A stretch of 64,000 nt of DNA from an uncultured delta proteobacterium (GCA_963695875.1 CAVOID010000003.1:160001-224000); one strand, 5' to 3'. Numbered from the stretch's first letter, positions 11,393 to 22,477 are shown. A program made the numbers and translations. Notes: generated by a model not told the origin, from the sequence alone.

Positions 11393-12436
11393 ATGCAAAG
11401 CGACATCAGAACGATATTCTGGGAAGACAATACGGTCGTCATGATCGACCAGAACGCCCTGCCCCACGAAGAGCGGTACCTGAGATTTACGGATTATAAA
11501 GATGTCGTCGCGGCTATCAAGGATTTGACTATTCGCGGCGCCCCGGCCATCGGCGTAGCCGCTGCCCTGGGGATTGCCCTCGGCACACTCCGGCATTCCC
11601 CATCATCGAAAGAAGAGCTGAAAGCGGCTTTCTATGAAATCTGCGAGCAATTTTCCCGGACTCGCCCCACGGCAAGGAATCTCTTCTGGGCTATAGAGAG
11701 GATGAAAAGGCGCTTCGAAGAAGCGCTGCCATTGCATCTGGATGAGATAAAGAAGGCCCTTGTGGAGGAAGCTATCCGCATCTGTGAGGAAGATATTGCC
11801 ATTAACCATAGGATCGGCATCAACGGAAGATCGCTGATCCGGGATGGCGACAGTCTCCTCACGCACTGTAATGCCGGTGCCCTGGCGACAGCAGGTTGCG
11901 GGACGGCCTTGGGCGTGATCAGGGCTGCCTTCGAAGAAGGTAAGAAAATACATGTTTTTGTAGATGAAACAAGGCCCGTTCTCCAGGGAGCCCGGCTGAC
12001 GGCATGGGAGCTCATGAAGGAGAATATCCTTGCCACATTGATAGCCGATAACATGGCCGGCTTCTTGATGAAACAGGGAAAAATCGACAAGATCATTGTC
12101 GGGGCTGACCGGATCGCTGCTAATGGTGATACGGCGAACAAGATCGGTACGTATTCAATCGCTGTACTGGCTAAAGAGCACGGCATCCCCTTTTACGTGG
12201 CTGCACCGCTGTCAACTATAGACATATCCATTCAGAGTGGTGATGACATTCCCATTGAGGAAAGAGATAGTGAGGAAATCACAACCATCCGGGGAGTAAA
12301 AGTGGCGCCCGAAGGAATTAATGTCTATAACCCTGCCTTTGATGTGACGCCGAATCGCTATATTACTGCCATTATCACCGAGGCGGGAGTTGCCTTTTCC
12401 CCTTATCAAGAAAGCATAGCTAAATTAAAGTCCTGA
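11393..12436 (+). CDS. mtnA: Methylthioribose-1-phosphate isomerase
   Basis: [53 protein letters not shown]. The ORF-track N-terminus before 11393 is a gatB fragment. Confidence 0.93.
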   Translation: MQSDIRTIFWEDNTVVMIDQNALPHEERYLRFTDYKDVVAAIKDLTIRGAPAIGVAAALGIALGTLRHSPSSKEELKAAFYEICEQFSRTRPTARNLFWAIERMKRRFEEALPLHLDEIKKALVEEAIRICEEDIAINHRIGINGRSLIRDGDSLLTHCNAGALATAGCGTALGVIRAAFEEGKKIHVFVDETRPVLQGARLTAWELMKENILATLIADNMAGFLMKQGKIDKIIVGADRIAANGDTANKIGTYSIAVLAKEHGIPFYVAAPLSTIDISIQSGDDIPIEERDSEEITTIRGVKVAPEGINVYNPAFDVTPNRYITAIITEAGVAFSPYQESIAKLKS

Positions 12437-12541
12437 CCTCTGTATGCTGCCCCCTACTTGCTTTATTCCTGCCACCGTTTTATTATTCACATAAATAGTT
12501 TATAAACATGAACGGCAACTCCTACAGGACGGTATAAAAGG

Positions 12542-13195
12542 GTGATAAAAAAATTAAGAGATCCGATGAGCGGCTTGACACATTGTATCGGTGCTGTCCT
12601 TGCTGTTGCCGGTCTCGTCCTTTTGATTTGTGAATCTGTGAACCCGGTTAAGCCCTGGCATATTATCTCATTCTCGGTTTTTGGCACCGGCCTGATCCTG
12701 CTGTATACTGCCAGCACCCTGTATCACTGGTTGCCGCTTTCAGAAAATGGCGTCCGGAACTTGCGAAGATTAGACCATATAATGATATTTATTCTGATCG
12801 CAGCCACGTATACCCCTGTCTGTCTGATTCCGCTCCGGGGCCCGTGGGGATGGAGTTTGTTCGGCAGTGTCTGGGCATTGGCCATACTGGGAATTTTTCT
12901 CAAGTTATTCTGGCTTCAGGCCCCTCGCTGGTTCTCTACCACAGTCTATATCATAATGGGGTGGCTCGCAATTGCCGGTGTTTGGCCTCTCATAATGACT
13001 CTGCACGTGGGAGGATTTATCTGGGTCCTTATGGGGGGATTATTCTATACAATCGGCGCCATTATCTATGCGACCAAACTGCCAAACCCCTGGCCGAATT
13101 TCTTCGGATTTCATGAAATTTTTCACATCTTTGTCATGTTGGGAAGTGTTTCGCATTTCTGGGTGATGTATGAATATGTCGCGAAGTTCAGTTGA
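12542..13195 (+). CDS. Hemolysin III / PAQR family membrane protein
   Basis: STLYH, RRLDHIMIFILIAATYTP, GFHEIFHIFV; about 7 TMs. Confidence 0.9.
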   Translation: MIKKLRDPMSGLTHCIGAVLAVAGLVLLICESVNPVKPWHIISFSVFGTGLILLYTASTLYHWLPLSENGVRNLRRLDHIMIFILIAATYTPVCLIPLRGPWGWSLFGSVWALAILGIFLKLFWLQAPRWFSTTVYIIMGWLAIAGVWPLIMTLHVGGFIWVLMGGLFYTIGAIIYATKLPNPWPNFFGFHEIFHIFVMLGSVSHFWVMYEYVAKFS

Positions 13196-13269
13196 CATAT
13201 TCTCGACGGCAGGGCAGGCGTCCCGCCTGTCTGTTATTGAAACTGGACCAGGAAGGAGATTGATGGCCG

Positions 13270-15558
13270 GTGATTGAAAAGCACATAACAAAAATTGCTT
13301 CGCAATTGAATGTGGGAAGTGAGCAGGTGCAGGCAACAGTCCTGCTTCTGGATGATGATGCCACTGTACCTTTTATTGCCCGCTATCGCAAAGAAGCAAC
13401 CGGTGGGTTGGACGAGGTCGCCATTATCGCCATACGTGATCAGTTAGAATATCTTCGCGCATTAGACAAGAGAAAGGAAGCAATCCTGAAATCGCTTGCT
13501 GACCATGGAAAGCTTAACGATGACTTGCAGGAAAAGGTCTTAAGTGCGGAAACATTAGCCGTTTTAGAGGATATTTATCTCCCCTATCGACCCAAACGTC
13601 GTACCCGCGGCACGATTGCCAAAGAAAAAGGTCTCGAGCCGCTGGCCGAAAAAATATTTGCACAACCCGATATGGATCTTAAGGTGGAGGCCGCGTCCTT
13701 CGTAAATCCTGAAAAGGGCGTGGAGACTGTGGAAGAAGCTCTTGCGGGTGCGCGGGATATTATTGCCGAATGGATCAATGAGAACGCTGATCTCAGAGCG
13801 AAACTCAGGGAACTTTTTACCGGCAAAGCTACAATCAGATCGAGGGTTGTCAAAGGCAAGGAAGAAGATGGCATGAAGTTCAAGGATTATTACGACTGGG
13901 AGGAGCCTGCCGCAAAAGCGCCGTCACACCGCATTCTGGCTATTCGCCGCGGCGAGGATGAGGGATACCTCACGTTCCACGTCTTTCCGGATGAAGAAGA
14001 AGCGATAGCCCTTGTGGAGCGCTGCTTTGTGAAGAATGACAGTCCCGCAGCCGGGCAGGTTCGCCTCGCGGCACGGGATAGTTACAAAAGACTGCTCTCA
14101 CTTTCGATGGAGACGGAGATACGTTTGCAATGCAAGAAACGGGCAGATGAGGAGGCCATCAAGGTATTTGCTGAAAACCTGCGGGAACTCCTCCTCGCAT
14201 CCCCTCTGGGGCAAAGAGCAGTTCTGGGAATCGATCCCGGCTACCGCACAGGGTGTAAGGTGGCATGCCTCGATGCCCAGGGCAAGCTCCTGCATAATGA
14301 GACGATATTTCCCATTGAACCGTTCAATCGTACGGAAGAATCGGTAAAGATTTTGAAGAAGCTGGTGGAAGCGTACCATATCGAGGCTATCGCCGTAGGG
14401 AACGGGACGGGAGGTCGTGAGACGGAAGCGTTCTGCAAGAAAATCGATTTCGGGAGGCCTGTTTCTGTGGTGATGGTTAATGAGAGCGGGGCATCGGTGT
14501 ATTCTGCTTCCGAGGTAGCGCGAGAGGAATTCCCGGATTTTGATGTTACCGTCCGGGGCGCTGTGTCTATCGGCAGGCGTCTCATGGATCCCCTGGCAGA
14601 GCTGGTTAAGATTGACCCGAAGTCCATCGGCGTCGGTCAATATCAGCATGATGTGGATCAGAAGGCCCTGAAGACTTCGCTTGACGATGTGGTTTCGAGT
14701 TCCGTCAATGCCGTGGGTGTCGAAATCAATACGGCAAGCAAAGAACTGCTGAAATATGTATCGGGTCATTCCGAGAGGCTAGCCGGAAATGTGATACGAT
14801 ATCGCAATGAAAATGGTGCCTTTCTGTCCAGGGAAGCCTTGATGAATGTTTCCGGCATGGGGCCTAAGACGTTCGAACAAGCAGCAGGCTTTCTGAGAAT
14901 TCGAGGCGCAAAAAATCCCCTCGATGCCTCGGCTGTTCATCCGGAAAGCTACGGAGTTGTCGAAGCAATGTCTCACGATCTGAAATGTACGGTAGCGGAT
15001 CTCATGAGCAATGCCGATCTGAGAAGTAAAATTAAATTACAAGACTATGTAACCGATAAGGTCGGCATGCCGACGCTTACAGACATCCTGGAAGAACTGG
15101 CAAAACCGGGCCGGGACCCGCGGGACCAGTTCGAGTTATTTTCATTTACGGAAGGTGTCAACGATATGACCGATCTGGAAATCGGTATGCATCTTCCCGG
15201 CATCGTGACGAACGTAACGGCATTCGGGGCGTTTGTTGACATCGGAGTGCATCAGGACGGTCTGGTGCATTTGAGCGAAATGGCGGATCGCTTCATTAGA
15301 AATCCGCACGATGTGCTAAAGGTTAATCAGAAGGTAAGGGTTACCGTCATCAATGTGGATGAGAAGCGAAAACGCATTTCTCTGTCTATGAGAACAAATC
15401 CGTTTGAACCGGGCCGGAAGTCTTCCGAAGACACATCTTCAAGGGAGACGAAGCAAGGTGGCAAATACATAAAGCCTCCACGTCGGGAGAAGAAGGAAGA
15501 ACAACCATCTAACCCGTTTGCAAAGGTCCTGAAGGACTTGAAGATCCCCAGGCATTAG
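13270..15558 (+). CDS. tex: Tex family RNA-binding transcriptional accessory protein
   Basis: TVPFIARYRKEATG, GIDPGYRTGCK, IGVGQYQHDV, C-terminal S1 domain (FGAFVDIGVHQDGLVH). Confidence 0.93.
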   Translation: MIEKHITKIASQLNVGSEQVQATVLLLDDDATVPFIARYRKEATGGLDEVAIIAIRDQLEYLRALDKRKEAILKSLADHGKLNDDLQEKVLSAETLAVLEDIYLPYRPKRRTRGTIAKEKGLEPLAEKIFAQPDMDLKVEAASFVNPEKGVETVEEALAGARDIIAEWINENADLRAKLRELFTGKATIRSRVVKGKEEDGMKFKDYYDWEEPAAKAPSHRILAIRRGEDEGYLTFHVFPDEEEAIALVERCFVKNDSPAAGQVRLAARDSYKRLLSLSMETEIRLQCKKRADEEAIKVFAENLRELLLASPLGQRAVLGIDPGYRTGCKVACLDAQGKLLHNETIFPIEPFNRTEESVKILKKLVEAYHIEAIAVGNGTGGRETEAFCKKIDFGRPVSVVMVNESGASVYSASEVAREEFPDFDVTVRGAVSIGRRLMDPLAELVKIDPKSIGVGQYQHDVDQKALKTSLDDVVSSSVNAVGVEINTASKELLKYVSGHSERLAGNVIRYRNENGAFLSREALMNVSGMGPKTFEQAAGFLRIRGAKNPLDASAVHPESYGVVEAMSHDLKCTVADLMSNADLRSKIKLQDYVTDKVGMPTLTDILEELAKPGRDPRDQFELFSFTEGVNDMTDLEIGMHLPGIVTNVTAFGAFVDIGVHQDGLVHLSEMADRFIRNPHDVLKVNQKVRVTVINVDEKRKRISLSMRTNPFEPGRKSSEDTSSRETKQGGKYIKPPRREKKEEQPSNPFAKVLKDLKIPRH

Positions 15559-15571
15559 CCAGCCTTCAGGG

Positions 15572-17926
15572 TTGAGCGCTTCACAAAAAATAAAGAAGAG
15601 AGCTTTAAACAAGGGTGTTCATTTGATAATAACAAAAAAAAGAATCATCAAGTTCTTAGGCCTTTTTTTTGCTTTTATCTCCATAGGGATATTGCTTTAC
15701 TGCCTGTACAGTTCCTTTTTGATCGGTAAGCGATTCTCGACAAGAAGGTGGAGTATACCGTCAAAAGTATTTTCCGACACTACACTGCTCTTTCCTGGCC
15801 AGCGGATCGACCGGACGCTCTTCTTAAATAAACTGCGTCGTCTCGAATATCGTGATGTTCGGCATGTGCCGGGGAAAAATGGTGAAATGCGGATTATGGG
15901 GTCAGCCGTTGAATTGTATCTCCACGACCTGGAAATGCCGGATAAAAATCAAAAAGGCTTCCCAGTAAAAATTGTGTTCCGGAATCGAGAAATTGAGGAT
16001 ATTATCCGTCAGGATCATAACGAAAATTTGCCGCTCCTTGAACTGGAGCCGGAAAAAATAATGCTGTTTTTCGGCCCTGAAAGGCAACAGAGGCAGCTTG
16101 TGTCCATCGATCGGGTTCCAGAATATCTCATTCACGCCATTCTTACTGCAGAAGACAACCGATTCTATGAACATCATGGGGTCAATCTCCAGGCCATTCT
16201 TCGGGCCTTATATGTCAATATCCGACATGGGACGATACGGCAAGGGGGGTCGACGCTGACCCAACAGCTGGCCAAGAGTTACTTCCTGACACCGGAGAGA
16301 ACGTTTACCAGAAAAGGCAAGGAACTGCTCATGGCCCTGATAATGGAGGTCATGTATAAGAAAAAGGAAATAATCGAGATATACCTGAATGAAATTTATC
16401 TCGGCCAGAAGGGTTCCGTATCAATTAACGGTGTCGGCGAGGCCTCTTTCTTCTATTTTGGGAAGTCGGTTGATAGTCTTTCCCTGGCAGAGGCGGCAAC
16501 GATTGCAGGTCTTATCAAAAGCCCCGGTCTATATTCCCCTTATCTAAATAAAACAAAGTGCAGGGATCAAAGGAATAAAGTTCTTCACGATATGGAGAAG
16601 CTAGGTTACATTTCCCGGGAACAAATGGATAGAGCCCTCTTGGAGACGATTAAAACTGTCGGCTTCACAGTGTACGGCAAAAAGGCGCCGTATTTTGTCG
16701 ATTACCTCTCAAAGCAGCTCCCCACACTGTACTCTGCCGAAGTCCTTTCTTCGCAGGGACTCTCCATCTATACGACCCTTGATACGCAGGTTCAGGAGGC
16801 AGCGGAGAAGACCCTGGAAAGGGGATTGGCCCGTTTGGAAAAGTCCTATCCGGCCCTTATGCGTTCCAACCCGGAGCGGAAAATCCAGGGCGCCATCATC
16901 GTAATGCAGCCGAAAACCGGATATATTCTTGCGATGGTCGGCGGCAGAGATTACGGTAAAAGCCAGTTTAATCGGGCCACCCAGGCGCATCGTCAACCGG
17001 GCAGTGCATTCAAACCATTTGTTTATTTGACCGGCTTGGATCAATTCACCCCGGCGACACTGCTCTCCAATAATCCGAAGCAGTATGAAGTTGAGGGGAA
17101 ATTATGGACACCGCATAATTTGGGGCCTGTTTCTGAAGAGGGGATAAGGATGAGAGATGCCCTGGCAAAGTCGGATAATCTGGCAACTGTCGATCTGGCT
17201 ATGAAAGTCGGTCTCGACCGGATTGTGAACACAGTCAATACCTTTCAGTTTTCAACACCCATAAAGCCGCAGCCCTCCCTTGCATTGGGGGCCTATGAAG
17301 TCATTCCCCTTGAACTGGCAAGGGCTTACTGCACATTTGCTTCCGACGGCGTGGAACCTTATCCTCTGTCCCTGAAGACTGTCGTAGCTGAAAACGGGAA
17401 TATCCTGGAACGAAGACACATGACCATCCAGAATATCATTTCACCGGCAAAGGCTTATGTCATAAGCGATATGCTGAGAAGCGTGATTACAGAAGGGACG
17501 GGGAAATCACTTAAGAACATGGGAATTTCATTTCCTGTCGCGGGAAAGACAGGAACAACAAACGATTACAGGGATGCCTGGTTTGTCGGATATACCCCGG
17601 ACCTCCTGGTACTGGTGTGGGTGGGTTTTGATAATGGAGATACATTATTTGTAGAAGGTGCTGTTGCCGCACTGCCCATTTGGGCTGACCTTGTAAGTGC
17701 CATACCGCAATATATCTCAGGTGGTTGGTTTGTAATGCCTCCCGGTGTTGTTAAGAGAAAAATTTGTCCACAAAGCGGACAATTAGCCGTCGAAACCGGG
17801 TGTCCCGGGCCTATCGAAGAGGTCTTTCTCGCTGAAAATGCACCTGTTGGATATTGTCAAATTCCGGAGCATCGTCAGTATGGTGGAGTATTGAAGAAAA
17901 TGTGGAAAAAATTGTGGAGGAAGTAG
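15572..17926 (+). CDS. mrcB: Class A penicillin-binding protein PBP1B (with UB2H-like insert)
   Basis: TM, RWSIPSKVF plus about 100-aa insert, AEDNRF, GGSTLTQQ, SAFK, SDN, KTGT. Start codon uncertain. Confidence 0.85.
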   Translation: MSASQKIKKRALNKGVHLIITKKRIIKFLGLFFAFISIGILLYCLYSSFLIGKRFSTRRWSIPSKVFSDTTLLFPGQRIDRTLFLNKLRRLEYRDVRHVPGKNGEMRIMGSAVELYLHDLEMPDKNQKGFPVKIVFRNREIEDIIRQDHNENLPLLELEPEKIMLFFGPERQQRQLVSIDRVPEYLIHAILTAEDNRFYEHHGVNLQAILRALYVNIRHGTIRQGGSTLTQQLAKSYFLTPERTFTRKGKELLMALIMEVMYKKKEIIEIYLNEIYLGQKGSVSINGVGEASFFYFGKSVDSLSLAEAATIAGLIKSPGLYSPYLNKTKCRDQRNKVLHDMEKLGYISREQMDRALLETIKTVGFTVYGKKAPYFVDYLSKQLPTLYSAEVLSSQGLSIYTTLDTQVQEAAEKTLERGLARLEKSYPALMRSNPERKIQGAIIVMQPKTGYILAMVGGRDYGKSQFNRATQAHRQPGSAFKPFVYLTGLDQFTPATLLSNNPKQYEVEGKLWTPHNLGPVSEEGIRMRDALAKSDNLATVDLAMKVGLDRIVNTVNTFQFSTPIKPQPSLALGAYEVIPLELARAYCTFASDGVEPYPLSLKTVVAENGNILERRHMTIQNIISPAKAYVISDMLRSVITEGTGKSLKNMGISFPVAGKTGTTNDYRDAWFVGYTPDLLVLVWVGFDNGDTLFVEGAVAALPIWADLVSAIPQYISGGWFVMPPGVVKRKICPQSGQLAVETGCPGPIEEVFLAENAPVGYCQIPEHRQYGGVLKKMWKKLWRK

Positions 17927-17929
17927 GAG

Positions 17930-18359
17930 ATGAACAGTAAACCGATCAAAAAATTCTTATTGTATTTATTTTGTTTCATCCTGTCAGGATGTTCCATGCT
18001 TTTTCCATCGAAACATCCGCCGATGACATCTCAAGAGGAGAGAATAGGGAACAAAGGAATTGCCAGAGGAAAGACCTCGCTCAAGGGAAATGGCAGCCCT
18101 TCACCTAACGGAACAGGGGAAAATGCTCCTCGAAAGCGGTAAAATCGATGATGCAATCAGTGTTCTGGAGCGGGCCGTCAGTATCTATGGCACCAACGGT
18201 AAAAACTATTATTACCTTGCGGAAGCCTGGCTTAAGAAAGGAAATATAATGCAGGCAAGGGAGTGGAGTCGACTGGCGGAGATGTATCTGGCGGGGGATC
18301 GTGAGTGGTCACAGCGGATTTCTGAACAACGCGAGAGGATCCGCTCGCGTATCAGGTGA
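17930..18359 (+). CDS. TPR lipoprotein (LpoP-like candidate PBP1B partner); frameshift near 18050
   Basis: Lipobox ILSG-C, then TPR-like AISVLERAVSI...YYYLAEAW; directly downstream of PBP1B. Confidence 0.7.
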
Positions 18360-19027
18360 TATTTTTTTGGTAGGAGTGACAATCCGGCACGCGTAAAAAT
18401 AATATCAATCTTATATGTAAAAGTTAAAACTTGTCCTGGCGGACAGTGTCAAATTAGTTAATATATCATATAATTATCTTAACTTTTTCAAATGAGCAGA
18501 GCAACAAAATAATCTCAGATAGTCATCGTTGAAAACGCTGGACTTTTCTTCCCATATGTTGAAACCACAACGATTAACGCATCCCTGCTATTACAATGAA
18601 ACGGGGATTTTTGTCTTTAGCCTTATATATTTGAGTATATACTTGGAGGATAAAATTGGCTATGAAATGCGGGATGTTCTCAGATAAGTAAAAAATGATT
18701 TCTAAAGATTGTTTGATGCTGAAGGAATTATTGATCCTCATCTGTATCATTAAAAGGTTAGTAATATTCTTGTGTTATTAGGAAACTGAGGAATATCAGG
18801 AAAAAACAAAATAAGTCTTGACATTCAGTTAGGGTCATACTAGAAAACTCAAAGTATATGTACCCTTCAACTAGGTTACAGTTGGCAAATAGGGTATAGT
18901 AAAAGTTGGATCAGACATATTGAAGTGCAAAGGTTGGCCACCATGCTCTTTAGGTCTTGGTGGCTTTTTCTTTCTGTTATAGCTGTAATCCGACTTTGAG
19001 AAAATTTGAGAAAGGAGGATTAAAGCG

Positions 19028-19228
19028 ATGTCAGAAGGTAAAGTGAAGTGGTTTAATGAACATAAAGGCTTTGGTTTCATCGAAAAAGATGAAGGTGGCG
19101 ATGTGTTTGTTCATCACAGTGCCATACAAGCAGTCGGTTTCAAGACCTTGTATGAAGGCCAGCGTGTCAGCTTTGATGTTACGCAGGGCAAGAAAGGCCC
19201 GGCAGCAGAAAACGTGAAGATCTTATAG
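19028..19228 (+). CDS. cspA: Cold-shock protein
   Basis: GKVKWFN, KGFGFI, DVFVH, GPAAENV; AGGAGG RBS. Confidence 0.97.
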   Translation: MSEGKVKWFNEHKGFGFIEKDEGGDVFVHHSAIQAVGFKTLYEGQRVSFDVTQGKKGPAAENVKIL

Positions 19229-19242
19229 TATCATTGATCGTT

Positions 19243-19294
19243 AAAAAAAGGCACTCCTCTATGGGTTACCATATACCGGAGTGCCTTTCCTTTT
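19243..19294 (+). terminator. Intrinsic terminator after cspA
   Basis: AAAGGCACTCC...GGAGTGCCTTT followed by a T-rich tail. Confidence 0.75.
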
Positions 19295-19331
19295 GTAAAA
19301 AACCGAGTATGCAATTGATACATGCTAACCT

Positions 19332-19443
19332 GAATCCGTAGCGAGCGCATTCCCCGAAGCTCGCTTTAGTGTCAGCGAGCGAATACTAATAATAAAATCT
19401 ATAAGGATCGAAGCTTTCCCGAGGTATGCCGCTGGGAGCTTCA
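19332..19443. repeat. REP/MITE-like dispersed repeat, copy 1
   Basis: Colinear blocks GAATCCG, AGCGAGCGCAT.CCCC, AGCGAGCGAAT, GGATCGAAG and GAGCTTCA are shared with 55271-55385. Confidence 0.75.
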
Positions 19444-19482
19444 TGTGTGTTGATTAAGACATCAATTGCAGGAAGGGAAATC

Positions 19483-20061
19483 ATGCAAAAACTTTTGAAT
19501 TCTTTTTTAGTGGTTATCGCTATAGGTTTATTGATAGTTCCTAACTGCGAAAACATATTAGGAGCGGAAGGCTCTTTATACCCGCAAGGCTATAACGAAG
19601 CAGTGGAACGCGCTATGGTGAAATCTATTTTATGGGCTAACGACGAACAGCTCCGCAGATTGGTAAATATTGTAGAAAAAAAATATGGCAGTCAGATCGA
19701 CGAGATATCAAAAAAGTATTATGCTTGCCCGAAAGACATCAAGGCTATTGCTATCGTTGAATCTTTAATGGATGAAAATGCCGAATCCAGTGTCGGCGCA
19801 ATAGGCCTTATGGGAGTTAAACGAATGACCGGGAAGGAGATGGGGTTTGATGATATTGAACGCCCCTTAAATAACCTTGAAGCCGGAACAAAATACTATA
19901 CGGTCTTACTTGAAAGATTCAAAGATCGAGAATTAGCATTGGCAGCCTATAACCTTGGCCCGGGTGAAGTGGAAAACAGATTAAACAAGGGATTTAATCC
20001 TGAAACGATTGATTATATATGGAAAATCAGACGAGTCAGTCGATTTGTTATGCAAATCTGA
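19483..20061 (+). CDS. Lytic transglycosylase (SLT domain)
   Basis: N-terminal hydrophobic segment; AIAIVES (catalytic E), GAIGLM, ALAAYNLG. Confidence 0.85.
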   Translation: MQKLLNSFLVVIAIGLLIVPNCENILGAEGSLYPQGYNEAVERAMVKSILWANDEQLRRLVNIVEKKYGSQIDEISKKYYACPKDIKAIAIVESLMDENAESSVGAIGLMGVKRMTGKEMGFDDIERPLNNLEAGTKYYTVLLERFKDRELALAAYNLGPGEVENRLNKGFNPETIDYIWKIRRVSRFVMQI

Positions 20062-20391
20062 TTCAAAATCTCCGATTAAGACGTAGCTATTTTGTCATTT
20101 CGACCACATTGAGGTGAGAGATCCTTTCCGTATGCGGAAGCCCTGAATCTTGTGTGAGGAAAGCGAGCCATCTAAATGAATTTGGTATGTAAAGCCATAC
20201 AGTGGTATGCCTGCCCTTACACTCACTAAGATTCATGACAACTATTCAAAAAAAGTGATTGAAAAGCCGCCGACCATGGATAGAATCGCTCAATTTAATA
20301 TGGTGCCACAGGAATTGAACTGTGGAGATTGCTAAAGTCAAACCATTATTGTCTTTAGCAACATACACGGTCTGTTGTGCCCGTTTTCACG

Positions 20392-20420
20392 TTGACACAC
20401 TCGTCCTTTTTCTCTATACT
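20392..20420 (+). promoter_or_regulatory. sigma70-type promoter of the ABC-F gene
   Basis: TTGACA-17 nt-TATACT, ending about 40 nt before the GTG start. Confidence 0.75.
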
Positions 20421-20458
20421 CCTCTCACCTGAAGAGAGACAATTTCGGTGTTTAATCC

Positions 20459-22477
20459 GTGATTTATCTGAATAACATAACGCTCGCCTTCTCCGACCAC
20501 AGGATCTTCGAGAACATCACTTGGATGATTCCAGAAAAGAGCAGGATCGGCCTGGTAGGAGATAACGGCACCGGGAAAACAACCCTGTTAAAAGCGATTT
20601 TGGGAATGGTTGACCTCGACCGAGGCTCCATCGAAATCCCTAACCGGAAAAACCGGACGATCGGTTATCTGCCCCAGGATCTGGTGGACCTGGAACCTCT
20701 TCCCCTGATAGACTATCTCAGAAAAAAAAGCGGCATAGCTGATCTCGAGCAGACGCTGAAGAATTATGAAAGCCGGATGTCCCGGTGCGATCCTGAATCG
20801 GCCGAGTATGGCGAGATACTCGATGCATATGAGGCAACCGCCGCTCGGTTTCAGTCCATTGAGGGATACCGCTTTGACGCTAAGGCCAAGCAGATCCTGA
20901 ATGGCTTCGGGTTCCGGGAAGAGGATTTCTCTGAGAACTGCAGTGAATTTTCGGGTGGCTGGAAGATGCGGATTCTGATTGCCCTGATCCTCCTTTCCGC
21001 CCCGGATATTATGCTTCTCGATGAACCCACCAACCACCTGGATACGGAGAGCATGGAGTGGCTGGAAAGCTATCTGAAAAATTACCACGGCACCCTGCTT
21101 ACAATTGCCCACGACCGTGTGTTCCTTGACAAAATGGTCAATCAGATTGTTGAATTATCCAACCACCGCCTCACCGTCTACAAAGGAAATTACTCCTACT
21201 ATCTGGCGGAAAAAGAAAGACGTCTGGAAGTCCTGAAAAAACAGATGGCCCTCCAGCGGACAGAGATCAAAAAGACACAGGAATTTATCGAACGGTTCCG
21301 GTATAAGGCCACCAAGGCTAAACAGGTTCAAAGCCGCATCAAGATGCTGGAACGCTTTGAACTCATCGAACTTGAACAGAGGGGAAAACAGGTCCATTTC
21401 CAGTTTCCCGAAGCGCCGAAAAGCCGCAGGGAGGTCGTCTCTGTCCGGCACGTTTCCAAAAGTTACGACAATGTGAATGTGTTCAACTCTGTTGATCTGA
21501 CAATTTACCGTGGTGAGAAAATAGCCCTGGTCGGTGTAAATGGGGCCGGTAAATCCACACTGGCCAGGATTCTGAGCGGTACGGAAGAACCGTCTTCCGG
21601 GACCGTAACATACGGACTCAATGTGAGTATGGCTTTTTTTTCTCAGGAAAGCGCCCAAAATCTCGACTATCAGCGAACCATCTGGGATGAGGTCAACATG
21701 ACAGGGACCCGCAGCAATGACCAGGAAAAGCGGAACCTCCTGGGCGCATTTCTCTTTTCCGGGGATGACATCTATAAGGAGATTTCTGTCCTCTCCGGCG
21801 GGGAGAAGTCCCGATTGGCCCTGCTGAAAATCCTACTTCAGGATTCCAACCTGCTGATCCTCGACGAACCCACCAATCATCTTGACCTTAAAACGAAAGA
21901 AATTTTTCAGAACGCCCTGCTTGGGTATACAGGTACGGTCGTCATTGTCTCTCATGATCGTTTCTTTTTGGACTGTCTTGTTAACCGGGTGATCGAGATT
22001 CGTGACGGTCAATGCAACGAATATCATGGCAACTATTCTTATTTTATACAGAAGCGCAGTGAAATGGGCGCAACCAGTCCGGGGAGGATTGACGCAAAAC
22101 AGGTTCAGAATCTGAGAGGATCATCTGAAACTTTACGGCCATCCGCGGCTGAAGATCCGCCCGATGATCAGGGGATAACATCAGGCCGGAGGGCTTTTAA
22201 GACAAAAGAGGAAAAGCGGCTGGAAGCGGAGGAACGAAACCGGCTCTCCCGGATAACAAGGACTGTAAAAAGTGAACTTAAGTCACTGGAAAACCGTATT
22301 ATCCATCTTGAAGAAAAGAAAGCAGAGCATGAGAGGACCCTCTGCGGGCCGGACATTTACAGAGAACCGCAACAAATCAAACAGCTAAATCAGGAACTTG
22401 TTGATATCGCGAGAGAGCTTGAAGAGCTTTATGTCTCATGGGAGGATGTAACTAAAAAACTGGAAGCCCTTCAGTAG
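20459..22477 (+). CDS. ABC-F family ATPase
   Basis: Two ABC domains (GDNGTGKT/FSGGW/LLDEPTNHLD and GVNGAGKS/LSGGE/LDEPTNHLD), no TMs, C-terminal coiled coil. Confidence 0.93.
   Translation: MIYLNNITLAFSDHRIFENITWMIPEKSRIGLVGDNGTGKTTLLKAILGMVDLDRGSIEIPNRKNRTIGYLPQDLVDLEPLPLIDYLRKKSGIADLEQTLKNYESRMSRCDPESAEYGEILDAYEATAARFQSIEGYRFDAKAKQILNGFGFREEDFSENCSEFSGGWKMRILIALILLSAPDIMLLDEPTNHLDTESMEWLESYLKNYHGTLLTIAHDRVFLDKMVNQIVELSNHRLTVYKGNYSYYLAEKERRLEVLKKQMALQRTEIKKTQEFIERFRYKATKAKQVQSRIKMLERFELIELEQRGKQVHFQFPEAPKSRREVVSVRHVSKSYDNVNVFNSVDLTIYRGEKIALVGVNGAGKSTLARILSGTEEPSSGTVTYGLNVSMAFFSQESAQNLDYQRTIWDEVNMTGTRSNDQEKRNLLGAFLFSGDDIYKEISVLSGGEKSRLALLKILLQDSNLLILDEPTNHLDLKTKEIFQNALLGYTGTVVIVSHDRFFLDCLVNRVIEIRDGQCNEYHGNYSYFIQKRSEMGATSPGRIDAKQVQNLRGSSETLRPSAAEDPPDDQGITSGRRAFKTKEEKRLEAEERNRLSRITRTVKSELKSLENRIIHLEEKKAEHERTLCGPDIYREPQQIKQLNQELVDIARELEELYVSWEDVTKKLEALQ

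Noticed and set aside
18360..18815. AT-rich gap with an RBS-like GGAGG and a weak hairpin at ~18581-18612
   Set aside because: No ORF or RNA structure strong enough to support a call.
20301..20325. tRNA-like 3' end on the minus strand (CCACAGTTCAATTCCTGTGGCACCA)
   Set aside because: The acceptor strand is too short and there are no D or anticodon arms; at most a hairpin or remnant.
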